DNA from: Octopus bimaculoides
Taxonomy: Eukaryota
Assembly: GCF_001194135.2 (NCBI RefSeq)
Contig: NC_068989.1
Location: forward strand, 59,214,703 to 59,278,702
DNA: 64,000 nt
Reading direction: 5' to 3'
Shown: piece after piece, positions 61,510-64,000 of the stretch
How positions within the stretch are numbered: the first letter of the stretch is position 1
How the letters are laid out: the number at the start of each line of letters is the position of its first letter
Translations under genes and position numbers: made by a program
The notes under the pieces: generated by a model
Databases searched by the model: none
Seen by the model: only the letters and a program-made list of their open reading frames with translations
What the model was told of the DNA's origin: nothing

Positions 61510-62257
61510 AAAGCGAAGTGCAGTCCGTCCTCGTCGGTTAGTCGTGCCTATATTCGACAACCAGCCCAGCTGAGAGTAGTGCATGGATCCTGACCAGCCC
61601 CTGCGAGGGAAACCAGCGCAGGGTATCGCCTTGTAGCCTGCGGATGCCGCGCACCTACGGACCCGCCGAGAGTGGGTCTCAAGGCCGGACCGGCGTTAAA
61701 GTGCGTCTCATGCCGGCACCCCGGAAAACGAGCGCTGAGTAGGCGGTAGAGGCCGCCTGCCGGAGTGAGCGTCCGCCACTGGCGTGGTCGTTGGCGATGA
61801 CGGCGCCTCGACATGTAGCAGCAGACTGAATCTCCTCGCAGTCTCGATGAGCGATCCTATCCGCTTATCCCTGACCGTTTTCACGATCTCTTGAAGTCTC
61901 TCTCCAAAGTTCGTTTCAACTTTTCCTCACGGTACTTGTCGGCTGTCAGACCCGTCCTCGTGTTTAACCTTGGATAGAACTTATACCCGCTTTGGGTTGT
62001 GTACCTAAGCAACCCGACTCTCGGACCGAAGAGCACTGTCAATCGCGGCCGGCTCCGAATGGGCCTGGCACCCGCTCTGATCATCTCCATTAAGGCAACT
62101 CCGAACCAAACCGTGCGAAATGATCGACCGTATACAACCCTTGCGTCACAGCTCTTGATGACCGGCGTGGACGACGAAATTCAGCGTTTGACACCTCCTG
62201 GTTCACTCACCTTTTCTGAAGGAATATACTTAAATTCAGTGGGTATTCTCGTCCGAG
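61510..62257 (-). pseudogene. Decayed 28S rRNA 5' fragment (D1-D2 region)
   Basis: Plus strand matches antisense 28S core (ctctctccaaagttcgtttcaacttttcctcacggtacttgt; aacccgactc; ttaaattcagtgggta). GC-rich island with substitutions and an apparent ~30-nt deletion in the conserved 5' core. Confidence 0.9.
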
Positions 62258-62489
62258 AAGATTCTTTATTATATCTTCTCTTATTTAAAATGATTTTTAT
62301 GTAATTTTTATTTCCTTTCAGTTTACTATTTCTAATTTCATTTTAAATTTAACTTTTTAAGATCCATGTCTCTGTTTAAATGCGGCAAGGTTTATAAACA
62401 ATAGTTTTACTATACTTTTCTACTACTCTTTCTTATATAGTTTCAGAGTATCAACACTCATTTATGGCTAAAATGAGATCATCATTCGC

Positions 62490-63880
62490 TTCATCTTGCA
62501 TTCGAAGACGAAAACTGTTTCAGCGTTCATACAGTGTGTTGTTGTTTTGCCCCGGTTGAAGACGCCGATGATGAAGGACATTCCATCTTTGACATTCACA
62601 ACTTTTCCCTGGGATAACATATAGAGAACTACATTAGGCAACATCCATTTCCTTCTTTCAGTGGAAGCCTATTAATTGGGTGAGATTTCAACCGACAACA
62701 TTGATTGGCTTGCAGAATTGTTTTGCTGCTTGGTCCGAGGTACAGAGGCCATTATAGATGCGATAGGGAAAACAAAGTATGGACACCTGTTGGTCAGAAA
62801 CACTGGAGAGTGTCTATTAGTGATGTAATGCCAATCAGTCTAGGATGTCTGTGTATTTAGTAGCTGCAACGTTTCAAATGTGGGTGCAGTATTCTATTGT
62901 GGATCTCATTTGAAATTTGTAGAGTATCAGTGATTGTTGGGGACTGAAATATTTCTGGAAAAGCAGACAATAGCCAGCCATTTAAAAATGTGGTCCCAGA
63001 TTTAGTAAAGGATGTTCTTTCGTTAGCTAAGATCAACACTGATATAAAGCCTAGCCTTTTAGGGGCTGCATGGACTATAGCTGTTAAGTGTTCACAATTG
63101 GGGGTGGGGAGTGCGATGGTTTTTATCTAATATAAGTAGTAGTTGAGGATCTTTGCTAGTAGAAAGCTAGTAGAAAGCCCCTATGAGGCCTGCGTTCATG
63201 GAATCTGAGTTGGAATAGTCTGCAGATAATGTATAGCTGGGGAAGATTAGGAAAAAATTAAGGGTCATATCTACAGGCGAGTGGTCTTCATTTGAAAGAA
63301 GAAAATTATGGACAATTACAAATCCTGAGATACGATGGAGTTGATTCGGAGTAGGACAGAAAACGTTCAGTCAATACGTGTTACCAATCAAAGAGACGAG
63401 ATATGGATGGATCTCGATAAGCGGAAAATTTCAATCGGTGATTAACATTTCACATAGTGTTGGAAGCCTTGATGACGTCTAAAGCAAAAACATTGCTTTC
63501 ACTGCGCTTCTCTAATGAGAAAGTTCACTGATGAGTGATATAAGATGGCAATTTTTCATGTCTGAAGATGATGAGGAAAGTGGTAAACCGATCCTTGAGC
63601 GACAGCATACGGCGTAGTTGGGGGAAATATGTAAGTTATATGGGAACTAACGTGGCGATGTTTTTTTTCTTTGACGTTTCTCATCCGCCACAGTTGCTTA
63701 CAAAATTGCTTAGAGCGATCTGGATGGAATTTCCCTTTGTGCTGCGACTCCTTCTCCTCCTGTAGGCATTCTCCTTGTCTGAGTAATCTGGCGTTTCAGC
63801 TGGTCTTTGAAATATTTCCGAGAGTGGAAGCTCCTCTGTCACTTTTGCCTTAGATGATAAAAAGAATTGTATTCGAGACT
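62490..63880 (-). mobile_element. Decayed LINE (CR1/Jockey-like) endonuclease-region fragment
   Basis: Faint minus-strand remnants (L.FL..DPQ, .DH, ADW-like); no open frame. Confidence 0.45.
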
Positions 63881-64000
63881 GAGTTGCAAATTGATGTATT
63901 TTTATTTATGAATAATTATCACTTGACATATCGAGTTGGCTACCCATGGTTTTGCGGTCAGGTGTTGGTGTGAGAAATATGTATATATATATATATATAT

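Noticed and set aside
61510-62257. Functional rRNA gene
   Set aside because: It is only a fragment, with core substitutions and a deletion and no neighbouring 5.8S or 18S.
61329-62304. GC-rich ORFs on both strands
   Set aside because: They are chance ORFs in the 28S-derived sequence.

Overview
AT-rich, microsatellite-dense eukaryotic scaffold with N gaps. It is most likely from an Octopus species, inferred from the tRNA-derived SINE families and repeat landscape and not verified by search. I reconstructed two convergent (tail-to-tail) multi-exon glycosyltransferase genes by hand from GT-AG sites and codon phases. (1) A chitin synthase-like gene on + has 10 well-supported coding exons (2939-21810, 1410 aa) and two weaker candidate 5' exons. 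It carries a ~350-aa low-complexity insertion inside the catalytic domain and QRKRW instead of QRRRW. (2) An apparently complete polypeptide N-acetylgalactosaminyltransferase (GALNT) on - has 11 coding exons (55354-26845, 653 aa) and a ricin-type lectin domain whose alpha repeat looks degenerate. Introns and flanks hold decayed LINEs (R4/Dong-like, RTE, CR1/Jockey-like), mariner/Tc1 fragments, a non-autonomous Helitron, foldback/MITE-like elements, many SINEs, several near-perfect hairpins (some hammerhead-ribozyme-like) and a decayed 28S rRNA 5' fragment. No CRISPR or prokaryotic system is present. The most interesting leads are the chitin synthase insertion, two motif deviations each one A-to-G change from canonical (possible ADAR recoding), and the hammerhead-like palindrome.
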